Below, one piece after another: positions 10,196 to 18,530 of a stretch of DNA of 32,000 nt. The DNA is taken from the NCBI GenBank assembly GCA_000743035.1, contig CP008936.1:1680001-1712000 (forward strand). The letters are read 5' to 3'. This DNA is from Candidatus Paracaedimonas acanthamoebae (GTDB taxonomy: Bacteria; Pseudomonadota; Alphaproteobacteria; Caedimonadales; Caedimonadaceae). The translations under genes and the position numbers were made by a program. The notes beneath the pieces are model-generated. The model saw nothing but the letters and a program-made list of their open reading frames with translations. It was not told the DNA's origin and made no database searches. Numbering within the stretch: position 1 is the stretch's first letter; the number at the start of each line of letters is the position of its first letter.

Positions 10196-11202
10196 GATAC
10201 TTTCCGACAAGCACAATTGGTAAATTGAGGGTCACATTTAAACTCAGGAGATCCTGATGCAAGCTCAGTTTGATGAGATTTTATCATCTCCGCTAAGCCA
10301 TTAATAAAGAAAGGATGCTTACTGACGGTTGGAACCCGAAAATAAAAAGGAACTTTCTCAGTGCGTGCGATTGTTTGATACTGAATATCAAGTTCAACAA
10401 GGGTTTCCGAATGTTCAGAAACAAAAGAAAGAGGCACCACAATAACCCCGACACGGTCTTGACCTGCCCGCTTGATTTCAGCGTCAATTGAAGGGGACAA
10501 CCATTTTAAGGGACCCACCTTGGATTGATAGCACACGACAAAATCCTTACACCCAAGTCGACGGGCAATTGCTTGCGATGAAAGCTCGACATGATGTTGA
10601 TAGGGGTCCCCCTGCCTTATAATTTTTTCTGGCAGTCCATGTGCTGAAAAAAGCAAGCGATACGGTCGTTTTTCGCTCTTAATGATGGGCTGAATAAGGT
10701 CACAATTTGCGGCAATAAACCCTTCGTGATGCGGATAACAGCAAATTATTTTTGTTGGAATTTCAAGTGCTTTTTTCTTCGCAGCTGTGATCCATGCCTT
10801 AATCGATGATGCCGTTGTTGTCGTCGAAAATTGAGGATAAAGAGGTAATAAGATGATTTCTGAAGGAGCATAGGCCTTCACAGCCTTCACGGTTGCGTCC
10901 GTCAAGGGATGCCAATACCGCATGGCGATGAAGACACGCCACCCTTTCCCCAAAGAAGCTTCTAACGCGGTGGCTTGCTGTTGAGTGTTCGTCAAAAGCG
11001 GCGACCCCCCTCCTAATTGCGCATAGATCGCCTCCGCTTCTTTAGCGCGCCGCCTTGCAATAAAAAAGGCCAACAAACTTCTAAACGGTTGAAAAATAGA
11101 TAAAATAGCTCGGTCATTAAAAAGATTAAATAAAAAGGGCTGGATGGCCTTAGGACCATCAGGTCCTCCTAAATTAAAAAGAACAACAGCCTTCCGGTTC
11201 AT
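10192..11202 (-). CDS. hemH: Ferrochelatase
   Basis: 336 aa with VLFNLGGPD, LLPLYPQFS, FSAHGLPE and SFVSEHSETLVELD. The C-terminal tail carries C-x6-C-x-C. Confidence 0.92.
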   Translation of the reverse strand: MNRKAVVLFNLGGPDGPKAIQPFLFNLFNDRAILSIFQPFRSLLAFFIARRRAKEAEAIYAQLGGGSPLLTNTQQQATALEASLGKGWRVFIAMRYWHPLTDATVKAVKAYAPSEIILLPLYPQFSTTTTASSIKAWITAAKKKALEIPTKIICCYPHHEGFIAANCDLIQPIIKSEKRPYRLLFSAHGLPEKIIRQGDPYQHHVELSSQAIARRLGCKDFVVCYQSKVGPLKWLSPSIDAEIKRAGQDRVGVIVVPLSFVSEHSETLVELDIQYQTIARTEKVPFYFRVPTVSKHPFFINGLAEMIKSHQTELASGSPEFKCDPQFTNCACRKVS

Positions 11203-11204
11203 TC

Positions 11205-12218
11205 TTATGCCCCTTTAATATATCGAATTAAATCAGCGACATGATTGATTGGCGTTTCAGGAACAATGCCATGACCTAGATTAAAAATATAAGGCCCTTG
11301 CGCTTCTAAAACGCGATATTTTTCCACTTCGCGCCGCAATATGTCCCCCCCCACCACCAAGGCTTGGGGATCAATTCCGCCTTGTAAGAGCACGTTTTCT
11401 TTAAAGTTTTTCTTGACCCAATCCAAAGAAATCCTGGAATCAAGACTAATGCCATCGACCTTTGTTTGATGTTGATATTCTTGCGTTTTTTCACCAAGCC
11501 CACGGGGAAATCCTATAATAGGAACCTGAGGATATGAGATTTTCAACGCCTTAACAATCGCGCGTGTTGGTTGATAAATAACTTGCTCAACCAAACAATC
11601 CGGTACAGCCTCTCCCCAGGATTCAAAGAGCTGCAAAACCTGGGCCCCAGCCTCAACCTGCTGCTTGAGATAAGCGATGGTCGCTTCTGTAATGATTGTG
11701 AGTAAGTCCTGAAACCCTTGAGGATAACGAAAGGCAAAGGCCTTCGCGTGATCAAAATTTTTAGATGATTTTCCTTCCACCATATAGCAAGCAACCGTCC
11801 AAGGGGCTCCGGCAAAACCAATCAAATTAACATGAGCAGGCAACATTGCTCTTACTTGACTCAGAGCCTCACAGGTCGGCCTAAAGCGGTCACCATTCAT
11901 GGTTAAACGAGAAAGATGGTCTGGCCCCTCAATCCGCTCAAGATGAGGTCCTTGCCCCTCTATAAACGACAAATTTAGTCCTAAAGCATACGGGACGATA
12001 AGAATGTCTGAAAAAATAATGGCGGCATCTAGATTAAAGCGTCTCAGAGGTTGTACAGTAACCTCAGCCGCGGCTGAGGGCGTTAGGCAAAGATCAAGAA
12101 AAGATGGATATTTCGCTCTTAGCGCTCGATATTCTGGAAGGTAACGCCCTGCTTGCCGCATGATCCAACAAAGGGACTGAGAATTCTTTTTTTCATGGAA
12201 TAATTTTAAGAGTGTCAT
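11205..12218 (-). CDS. hemE: Uroporphyrinogen decarboxylase
   Basis: 337 aa with the URO-D signature WIMRQAGRYLPEYR, IGFAGAPWTVACYMVEG and FNLGHGI. It is 2 nt upstream of hemH. Confidence 0.95.
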   Translation of the reverse strand: MTLLKLFHEKKNSQSLCWIMRQAGRYLPEYRALRAKYPSFLDLCLTPSAAAEVTVQPLRRFNLDAAIIFSDILIVPYALGLNLSFIEGQGPHLERIEGPDHLSRLTMNGDRFRPTCEALSQVRAMLPAHVNLIGFAGAPWTVACYMVEGKSSKNFDHAKAFAFRYPQGFQDLLTIITEATIAYLKQQVEAGAQVLQLFESWGEAVPDCLVEQVIYQPTRAIVKALKISYPQVPIIGFPRGLGEKTQEYQHQTKVDGISLDSRISLDWVKKNFKENVLLQGGIDPQALVVGGDILRREVEKYRVLEAQGPYIFNLGHGIVPETPINHVADLIRYIKGA

Positions 12219-12371
12219 TTTAAAATATTAATAATTTTTTAATAAAAGGTATTTGTTAATGTTGGCTTGGGGATAACTGTTGTCCCCACCCCTTAATGAT
12301 TTTGTATAGGGATGTGCTTTAAGAAGCAAATGATTATATTTTTTTATTTTCATCCCCATCTCTTTCATCTC

Positions 12372-12380
12372 TTATCCACA
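12372..12380 (+). promoter_or_regulatory. DnaA box, perfect consensus TTATCCACA
   Basis: Exact 9-mer read in the sequence. Confidence 0.8.
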
Positions 12381-12391
12381 ACTTATTCCCT

Positions 12392-12400
12392 TGTGGATAA
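12392..12400 (-). promoter_or_regulatory. DnaA box, perfect consensus (TGTGGATAA on + strand)
   Basis: Exact 9-mer, inverted relative to the box 11 nt upstream. Confidence 0.8.
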
Positions 12401-12482
12401 CAAGAGAACAAGATCTTTATCTTGTGAATCATTTCTCTTGAAGAGAGCATTGTTTTCATTTTACAGGATGATTATCATAGTT

Positions 12483-12491
12483 TTATCCACA
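12483..12491 (+). promoter_or_regulatory. DnaA box, perfect consensus TTATCCACA
   Basis: Exact 9-mer, 8 nt before the first ATG of coaE. Confidence 0.8.
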
Positions 12492-12498
12492 AGTTTTT

Positions 12499-13119
12499 AT
12501 GCAAGGGATGGAGATGGAATTACCTAAGGTCTTGGGACTCACAGGCTCGATCGGTACCGGAAAATCAACGATTGCAAAAATGTTTAGATCCTTAAAGATT
12601 CCGGTGCTTGATGCGGATAAAATCGTTCATCATCTTTATGAGACATCTCCTTTGTTGATTGAACGGTTGAGAGCTTATCAAGCCTCCCTTATCCAAGATG
12701 GGAAAGTTGATCGCCACGCCCTTTCTCATCTTGTTGTAAAAGAACCATCCTTCCTTCCTCTTCTTGAGAGCATCATTCATCCATTAGTTAAGCAAGTATT
12801 GATGGAGGCGATTGAATCCGCAAAACGAGAACAGATTCCTTTACTCGTCCTTGAAGTTCCCTTACTTTTTGAGGTGGGGCTTGATGCCTTATGTCATTTT
12901 ACTCTCGTGGTTCACACCTCTGACGCGCTTCAAAAAGAACGCGTTTTGAATCGGGCTCATATGACCGAAGAACAATTCCTAAAAATTTCATCTCGGCAGC
13001 TTCCTCAACAAGAGAAAATCAACCGTGCTGATTTTACGCTTGATACTTCTCGATCCCGGGTTCATATCTTTAAAGATCTTTTAAAGTATCTTAAGAAGGT
13101 TTGTTCGAGCCATGCGTGA
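12499..13119 (+). CDS. coaE: Dephospho-CoA kinase
   Basis: 206 aa with P-loop LGLTGSIGTGKST and the CoaE-like body (VLDADKIVH, VPLLFE). Three ATGs at 12499/12508/12514 make the exact start uncertain. The gene overlaps the dnaQ start by 8 nt. Confidence 0.9.
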   Translation: MQGMEMELPKVLGLTGSIGTGKSTIAKMFRSLKIPVLDADKIVHHLYETSPLLIERLRAYQASLIQDGKVDRHALSHLVVKEPSFLPLLESIIHPLVKQVLMEAIESAKREQIPLLVLEVPLLFEVGLDALCHFTLVVHTSDALQKERVLNRAHMTEEQFLKISSRQLPQQEKINRADFTLDTSRSRVHIFKDLLKYLKKVCSSHA

Positions 13120-13822
13120 AATTGTCCTGGATACCGAAACAACAGGATTTGAGCCGTCTGACGGACATAGGTTGGTTGAAATTGGGTGTATTGAGCTCAT
13201 GAATTTTGTGCCGACAGGCGCCATTTTTCACAAGTATATTAATCCTGAACGAGAGGTACCCCAAGAAGCGTTTAATGTTCATGGTCTTTCATATGAATTC
13301 CTGAAAGATCATCCAAGATTTGAAGAAGTTCATCTGCAATTTCTTGATTTTATTGGGGGCAGCCCTTTGGTCATTCATAATGCTCGCTTTGATATGAAGT
13401 TTTTGAATGCAGAGCTTGGGCGTCTTAATCAACCTGTTCTGCCCTTTGAGAGGGCAATTGATACGTTGGCGTTAGCAAAAAGTTTATTTCCAGGATCGCC
13501 CGCGAGTCTTGATGCTTTATGTAAGCGTTTTGAGATCGATAATTCAAATCGTATCAAGCACGGAGCTCTTTTAGATGCTGAGCTTTTGGCTGAAGTTTAC
13601 CTTGAGCTTAAAGGGGGGCGCCAACCCACCCTTAATTTAGCGACGAAATCAATAAACTCAGGCCTTAAGCCTATTGAGAAGAAATTTTATTCGGCACGTC
13701 CTTTCGAAATTCCTGCAGACGACCTTAAACTTCATGAAGCTTTTTTAGATAAGCTTAAGAACCCAGTGTGGCGTTCTCTTGAGAGCCATACTGGTTCCGG
13801 TAAAGCTCAAGGAAATCAATAG
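13112..13822 (+). CDS. dnaQ: DNA polymerase III epsilon subunit (3'-5' proofreading exonuclease)
   Basis: 236 aa with Exo I VLDTETTG, Exo II VIHNARFDMKFLN and Exo III HGALLDAELLAEVYLEL. Confidence 0.95.
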   Translation: MREIVLDTETTGFEPSDGHRLVEIGCIELMNFVPTGAIFHKYINPEREVPQEAFNVHGLSYEFLKDHPRFEEVHLQFLDFIGGSPLVIHNARFDMKFLNAELGRLNQPVLPFERAIDTLALAKSLFPGSPASLDALCKRFEIDNSNRIKHGALLDAELLAEVYLELKGGRQPTLNLATKSINSGLKPIEKKFYSARPFEIPADDLKLHEAFLDKLKNPVWRSLESHTGSGKAQGNQ

Positions 13823-14273
13823 GGCTTAACATGAGGGTGGGGAAACCCCCTTCTCGAGTTAATGTCGAGATGAGATTTCTTGCATAAGGAAAAAGGAGTC
13901 TTGGACATTCAATCATAAGAATTGGGTGAACGGCTTCTTGTGGAAGGTTGCTGGCCAATGTGAAAACACCCGCATATTGAAGCTCCGCCAAGAACATTCG
14001 CTGTTTAGCTTGATGAGCATTTGCCGTTAAATGGAGGGTGACTTCATAAGCATGTTCACCAACCTCTTGGGCTTGAATGTCGATATTCAGCTCAATTTCT
14101 GGGGCATGATCTTCACTGACATTAAGGCTTTGTAAAGGTGTAGGATTTTCAAACGAAATATCTTTTACATATTGGGCATTAATGATGAGTGGCATCGCGG
14201 GAATGTTTGCACTAGGTTCCATTTCTGCTGCGCCATTTGTTTTTTTAGGCTTTTGAGTTTCACTTTTGGCCAT
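13755..14273 (-). CDS. secB: Protein-export chaperone SecB
   Basis: 172 aa with a SecB-like core (INAQYVKDISFENP, AELQYAGVFTL, ECPRLLFPYARNLIS). A good SD (AAGGAG) precedes the ATG at 14273. Its 3' end overlaps the dnaQ 3' end by 68 nt (convergent). Confidence 0.9.
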   Translation of the reverse strand: MAKSETQKPKKTNGAAEMEPSANIPAMPLIINAQYVKDISFENPTPLQSLNVSEDHAPEIELNIDIQAQEVGEHAYEVTLHLTANAHQAKQRMFLAELQYAGVFTLASNLPQEAVHPILMIECPRLLFPYARNLISTLTREGGFPTLMLSPIDFLELYRNQYGSQENATLGS

Positions 14274-14372
14274 TATGATCTCCTTAAATCTTTTTTAGGT
14301 TTTGGGACTCTATCATGGTTTCACAGAGTATGACAATATAAGGATAAAAAGAACGTTTTGAAGGAGAAATAA

Positions 14373-15014
14373 ATGAGTCAATTGATTGAGATTTTAGTGC
14401 TTGCCTTTGTGGCCGCGATTATTATCTTTAAATTAATTTCGGTTTTAGGCGAACGAACAGGCTTTGAGCACTCACAGCGGCGAAGGGATACCTTTCGTGA
14501 CCCTCAAAAACCCGAAGAAAATCACAATTCTCCTTCGCCTTCTTCAGAGGAAGATCTTATTGGACCTGGTCTTCGTAAGGTTTACGCCCAAATGCTTTCT
14601 CTGGACCAACAGTTTTCTTTAAGTCGGTTTTTAGCAGGTGCCACGCGCGCTTTTGAAATGATTGTCCTAGCTTACGCAAAGGGAGATTTAAAAAGCTTAA
14701 AACCTTTGGTTTCTTCTGAAATTTATAAAGATTTTCAAGAAGCTATTGAAGAGAGGCTACAAAAAGGAGAAAGCTTAGAGACAACCATCGAGAAAATTGA
14801 AACTCCTGAAATTACCGATATGCGTTTGCAAGAAACGCAAGCCATCATTACGGTGAGATTTACCTCAGAACAAATTCACCTGATTCGAAATGACAAAGGC
14901 AAGATGATCGAAGGAAATCCAAAACAAAGCGAACAAATTATTGATTTATGGACATTTTCTCGTGATCTTCGAGCGAAAGAATTCAATTGGACCTTGATAA
15001 AGACAGATCAATAA
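14373..15014 (+). CDS. Tim44-like domain membrane protein
   Basis: 213 aa with one N-terminal TM helix, a low-complexity linker and a C-terminal Tim44-like pattern (FLAGATRAFEMIVLAYAKGDLKSLKPLVS...WTFSRDL...NWTLI). SD GAAGGAG is present. The secB / tim44-like / mltA neighbourhood is common in alphaproteobacteria. Confidence 0.75.
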   Translation: MSQLIEILVLAFVAAIIIFKLISVLGERTGFEHSQRRRDTFRDPQKPEENHNSPSPSSEEDLIGPGLRKVYAQMLSLDQQFSLSRFLAGATRAFEMIVLAYAKGDLKSLKPLVSSEIYKDFQEAIEERLQKGESLETTIEKIETPEITDMRLQETQAIITVRFTSEQIHLIRNDKGKMIEGNPKQSEQIIDLWTFSRDLRAKEFNWTLIKTDQ

Positions 15015-16123
15015 TGACGCCTTCCATCATTCCTATCAATTTTAAAAATTTTTCTTTTCAAGAAGTTATGGTTGAAAATCTTCCTGGCTTTGCTGAAGAT
15101 ACGCTTGAAGATGCTTGCTTAGCTTGGAATAGTTCAGCGGCTGTTTTAAAATCTCTTTCTTCTGAGACATCTTTTGGAATTGCTGGGACGCGTGCTGAAT
15201 GGGAAGAAGTTTTAAAGAGCCCCATTGAAGAATGGGCGTTTCGTCGCTTTCTTGAAACGCACTTTAGGGCTTATCATCTTCGATATGAAGGGCAGCCAAA
15301 GGGACTGTTTACAGGTTACTATGAACCTTGCTTAAAGGCGTCGAGCACCCCTTCAGCTGAGTTTCCTTATCCCATTTATCAACGGCCTCCAGAACTCATG
15401 GTCATTGAAGATTTAGGCCAATTCCATCCAGCTTTAGCAGAGTATCGCATTGCGGGGACTCGTCAAGGAACAACCTTAAAGCCCTATTATTCGAGGCGAG
15501 AGTTATCCTCTGGTATCCTTGAGGGACGTCATCTTGAAATTGCTTGGGCAGCTAATAAGGCGGATCTTTACTTTATGCATATTCAAGGGTCAGGGAAGCT
15601 TGAGTTTGAAGATCGTTGGGTAAGGCTTAGCTATGATGGCACCAATGGCTATCCTTATACCTCCATTGGAAAATATATCCTTGAACAAGGTTATTTAGCG
15701 CCTGAGGAAGCAACGATGCAAGGGATTAAACAATGGTTTCGTATAAATCCAGAAAAAATGGATGAAGTTTTATATCAGAATGACTCTTTTGTCTTTTTTA
15801 AGAATTTAGGGCTTCAAGAAGGACCGATTGGACGGCAAGGCGCCGTATTGACCCCTAAAAGGAGTTTGGCGGTTGATCCCCGCGTTATTGCAATGGGGAT
15901 GCCTTTATGGTTGTCGGCTGTAGCCCCGCGTGGTGCTGAACACTCCTTGCAACGGTTTGTGGTTGCCCAAGATGTGGGGGGCGCTATTAAAGGGCCTATT
16001 CGAGGAGATTTTTATTGGGGAACAGGCCATCAAGCAGGAAAGTTAGCGGGTTGTATGAAATCGGCTGGAGAGCTTTATTTCCTCATCCCTAAAATGATTG
16101 ACTTCAAAGGCTTTGTGGGATGA
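15014..16123 (+). CDS. mltA: Membrane-bound lytic murein transglycosylase A (MltA family, 3D domain)
   Basis: MltA motifs YFMHIQGSGKLEF, LAVDPRVIAMGMPLWL and FVVAQDVGGAIKGPIRGDFYWGTG. I prefer the ATG at 15014 (TAATG overlap with the upstream stop) over the listed non-ATG start at 14987, but the start is uncertain. Confidence 0.88.
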   Translation: MTPSIIPINFKNFSFQEVMVENLPGFAEDTLEDACLAWNSSAAVLKSLSSETSFGIAGTRAEWEEVLKSPIEEWAFRRFLETHFRAYHLRYEGQPKGLFTGYYEPCLKASSTPSAEFPYPIYQRPPELMVIEDLGQFHPALAEYRIAGTRQGTTLKPYYSRRELSSGILEGRHLEIAWAANKADLYFMHIQGSGKLEFEDRWVRLSYDGTNGYPYTSIGKYILEQGYLAPEEATMQGIKQWFRINPEKMDEVLYQNDSFVFFKNLGLQEGPIGRQGAVLTPKRSLAVDPRVIAMGMPLWLSAVAPRGAEHSLQRFVVAQDVGGAIKGPIRGDFYWGTGHQAGKLAGCMKSAGELYFLIPKMIDFKGFVG

Positions 16124-16641
16124 CAGATGATTCTCAAGATCCTTGGAAAGCTTATTTGCGTGAGGTCAAAGCGCTCTCTTTCCCTGCGAAAGTTGAAAAA
16201 AAACCTCAAAAAGTTCACCTACGGGATCGACATCCGCTTAAAGACTTTTTAAAAGAAGTTCCTTTTGAAAATGTTTCACGTGAAACATTTTTGAATAACA
16301 AGAAGGCTCATCTTCTTTCTCGCAAAAGGACAAGAAATGCAAAAATTGAGCGAAAGCTTGATCTTCATGGGCTCACGTTAAAGGAAGCCTATCAAGAACT
16401 TTCCATTTTTTTATGGAAAGCTTCCCACCAAGGTATACGTATCGTTCTCATTATTACAGGGAAAGGAAGAGGTTCCCGCTCTTCCGATAAAGAAGAAAAA
16501 CCACGATTGAATCTTAAAGAAGCTGTTCCTTCTTGGGTGCAAGAACCCCCGTTGAATACTTTAGTGGGTTCTTGGTCGAAAGCCCCCCAGGAACATGGGG
16601 GAGATGGCGCCTTATATGTTTTTTTAAGGGCAACCCCCTGA
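16120..16641 (+). CDS. Smr-domain protein
   Basis: 173 aa. The C-terminal Smr domain shows LDLHGLTLKEAY...IITGKG...GGDGALYVFL. ATGA overlap with the mltA stop. A parS site lies inside the coding sequence, read as NVSRETF. Confidence 0.85.
   Translation: MTDDSQDPWKAYLREVKALSFPAKVEKKPQKVHLRDRHPLKDFLKEVPFENVSRETFLNNKKAHLLSRKRTRNAKIERKLDLHGLTLKEAYQELSIFLWKASHQGIRIVLIITGKGRGSRSSDKEEKPRLNLKEAVPSWVQEPPLNTLVGSWSKAPQEHGGDGALYVFLRATP
16272..16287. other. parS: parS site 2; perfect palindrome extends to 24 bp (16268-16291)
   Basis: Exact 16-mer inside the smr-domain gene, read as NVSRETF. Confidence 0.85.
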
Positions 16642-16706
16642 GATAAATAACTCAAAGATACACAAGGCACTATTTACCCTCATAAAATCAAAAGGTTATT
16701 TTAAAA

Positions 16707-16722
16707 TGTTTCACGTGAAACA
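16707..16722. other. parS: parS site 3; perfect palindrome extends to 28 bp (16701-16728)
   Basis: Exact 16-mer in the spacer between the convergent smr and VOC genes. Confidence 0.85.
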
Positions 16723-16767
16723 TTTTAACGACTTGATAAGGAAAAATAAAAACAGAAGTCTTTTCAA

Positions 16768-17193
16768 TTAGCTGGAGAGCTTAGTGGCAAAGCTCCAAGA
16801 ATGACCATCAGGATCCGTGACCTGAAAAAAACGATCGCCCCAGAATCCATCATTAAGCTTAACAATGAGCTGGGCACCTGCGTTGAGAGCTTGTTGACAG
16901 AGAGAATCCACATCTCCACAATAAAGATAAAGCGTGATAGAAGGAAAGACTTTATTCGTGATAGGAGCTTTGGATGGCCCCTCAAAGGCGCCTTCAGGCG
17001 CAAACATAATTAATGCATCATAAAATTGCATTTCCACGTGTTGAATGAACCCTTTCTCATTGCGGGATGGTTCATTTGCAAGCTTAAAACCAAAAGCATG
17101 TTGATAAAAATCAAGAGCTTTTTGAGCATCACGAACAGTTAAATAAGGAATCAAAGTTGGAGCGTAAGGAGGCTTAAAACCTGAAGTTATCAT
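16768..17193 (-). CDS. VOC/glyoxalase-bleomycin resistance family protein (PhnB-like)
   Basis: VOC-type pattern IPYLTVRDAQKALDFYQHAFGF ... GDRFFQVTDPDGHSWSF. The start is taken at the MITSG ATG (17193); in-frame alternatives exist at 17208 and 17253. Confidence 0.7.
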   Translation of the reverse strand: MITSGFKPPYAPTLIPYLTVRDAQKALDFYQHAFGFKLANEPSRNEKGFIQHVEMQFYDALIMFAPEGAFEGPSKAPITNKVFPSITLYLYCGDVDSLCQQALNAGAQLIVKLNDGFWGDRFFQVTDPDGHSWSFATKLSS

Positions 17194-17375
17194 GGTATGC
17201 CTTTTCATAAACAATATATCTTTTACTTTAAGACAAAATAAAAAAATATGCAATCTTCCTATTTAAAAAAACGCTATAAAATTTAATTTTATTTAAAAAG
17301 GTTTACTCATATTGCGCTATGCGCGGTAAAAGGAACGCGAAGTTTCTTTTATGAGTTCCTCCTGCTCTTGCAAAT

Positions 17376-17391
17376 TGTTTCACGTGAAACA
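17376..17391. other. parS: parS site 4 (16-bp core only)
   Basis: Exact 16-mer in the 374-bp non-coding gap between the VOC gene and the LysR pair. Confidence 0.85.
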
Positions 17392-17580
17392 TTCTTAAGG
17401 CATCGTCTATTCGTTAAAAAAGTGTAAATTTTGACTTGTATTTTGCCTAATAAGTAGCATACTTCATAAATAATAATTATAAAAAGATCCCACTATATAA
17501 ATGTACATACATTAGGAGAAAAAAATGATTAAAATTAAGCTTAATTTTGACGCCATAAATCCTATTTTTATCGTTGCTTT

Positions 17581-17606
17581 AAAACGATGCAAAACGATGT
17601 TTGCAT
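17581..17606 (-). terminator. Possible intrinsic terminator after the downstream LysR gene
   Basis: On the minus strand: ATGCAAA-catcgt-TTTGCAT (7-bp stem) followed by CGTTTTAAAG, about 20 nt after the stop at 17628. The stem is weak and AT-rich. Confidence 0.3.
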
Positions 17607-17627
17607 AAGCATCTTTAGGTGAGCTTC

Positions 17628-18530
17628 TTATAACGATAATGACCTAGCCTCAGGCACTGAAAGTTGTTGCTGAAGGTAATCTCTGAGAGACGTAATTCGT
17701 CTGGAATTTTTCATATTCTCTTTGTAGATGTAATATAGCTCAATGACTGGTGCCTGAAGGCTAGGCAAAACATTAATTAAATGAGAATCTTTCACACTAG
17801 GCGACTCGCCTGATAACTCAGCGATGCCAATCCCTTCTTTTGCCGCATTCACGAGTCCTTCGAGGCTATTTATCTTCAAATATGGTTTCCTGACATAAGG
17901 CGGCGTCATGCCAACTTCTAAAATCCAACTACAGTTGCCGTAAGGACTAATGATGTTATCCCCATAAGAAATAATATGGTGATGGTTAAGTTCTTCGACG
18001 TTTTTAGGGATGCCATATCTTTCAAGATATGAAGGGCTTGCCCACAATCCCATCGGAAAAGCTTTTAAGGGGTGTTGAATTAAATTGGGATGGTGGGGAA
18101 TATAGGTACAAATGGCAACATCAGTTTCTTGGAGATTAAGATTTTCCATTTTACATAAAATACTCAGGTGAATGTCCGGGTAAATCTCAAGATACTTTCC
18201 CACATAACTCATCAACCATGAAGCCCCCATATGGGGCGTTGTGACAATTTTTAACTCTCCCCTAACTTCATTATCTTTATTATAGAAATTTTGGAGGAAT
18301 TCTTCATTTTCCTGCATGAGTTCAGTCGCATGCTGAAAAAGTCTATTGCCTTCTAAGGTCAACCCCAACCCTCGAGGATGTCTTTCAAAAAGTTTCATTC
18401 TCAGCTGAACTTCAAATTCTTTCATGGAGCGACTTAAAGACGACTGGCTGGTGTTCAAGAAATCGGCTGCTTTTGTTAAATTACCAAATTTTGCAACGGT
18501 ATAAAAAATTCTGAGTTTAACTAAATCCAT
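17628..18530 (-). CDS. LysR-family transcriptional regulator (downstream copy of a tandem pair)
   Basis: 300 aa with an N-terminal wHTH (FYTVAKFGNLTKAADFLNTSQSSLSRSMKEFE) and a LysR substrate-binding body. Its ATG shares one base with the stop of the upstream paralogue (TGATG). Confidence 0.9.
   Translation of the reverse strand: MDLVKLRIFYTVAKFGNLTKAADFLNTSQSSLSRSMKEFEVQLRMKLFERHPRGLGLTLEGNRLFQHATELMQENEEFLQNFYNKDNEVRGELKIVTTPHMGASWLMSYVGKYLEIYPDIHLSILCKMENLNLQETDVAICTYIPHHPNLIQHPLKAFPMGLWASPSYLERYGIPKNVEELNHHHIISYGDNIISPYGNCSWILEVGMTPPYVRKPYLKINSLEGLVNAAKEGIGIAELSGESPSVKDSHLINVLPSLQAPVIELYYIYKENMKNSRRITSLRDYLQQQLSVPEARSLSL

Larger units (their letters stand above)
12219..12498. other. Candidate chromosomal replication origin (oriC) between hemE and coaE
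   Basis: This is a 280-bp non-coding gap. It contains three perfect consensus DnaA boxes (12372-12380 TTATCCACA; 12392-12400 TGTGGATAA, inverted; 12483-12491 TTATCCACA) and one 8/9 box (12268-12276 TGGGGATAA). An almost pure A/T tract at 12219-12262 is a DUE candidate. There is a 7-bp inverted repeat at 12408-12425 and one GANTC at 12426-12430. A hemE-adjacent origin is the established arrangement in alphaproteobacteria (Caulobacter, Rickettsia). parAB, rho, rsmG and six parS sites lie nearby. Confidence 0.8.

Noticed and set aside
12228-12242. TTAA-N7-TTAA (CtrA-box-like) in the AT-rich part of the candidate origin
   Set aside because: It lacks the terminal C of TTAA-N7-TTAAC, and such half-site pairs arise easily by chance in nearly pure A/T sequence. 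It is not distinguishable from background without comparative data.
12312-12527. 71-aa ORF in the hemE-coaE gap
   Set aside because: It runs across the DnaA boxes of the candidate origin and into coaE, with no SD and odd composition. The region is better explained as non-coding oriC.
16701-16728. The 28-bp palindrome between the convergent smr and VOC genes, considered as a bidirectional intrinsic terminator (A-tract, hairpin, T-tract)
   Set aside because: The same core occurs six times, including inside genes, and matches parS exactly. The stem is AT-rich with essentially no loop. A terminator role cannot be excluded, but it is not needed to explain the sequence.
17332-17359. GGAAC-N18-GTTCC, reminiscent of the alphaproteobacterial EcfG general-stress promoter (GGAAC-N16-17-CGTT)
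   Set aside because: The spacing and the -10 element (AGTT rather than CGTT) do not fit, and no gene lies downstream in the right orientation. It is probably just a short inverted repeat.
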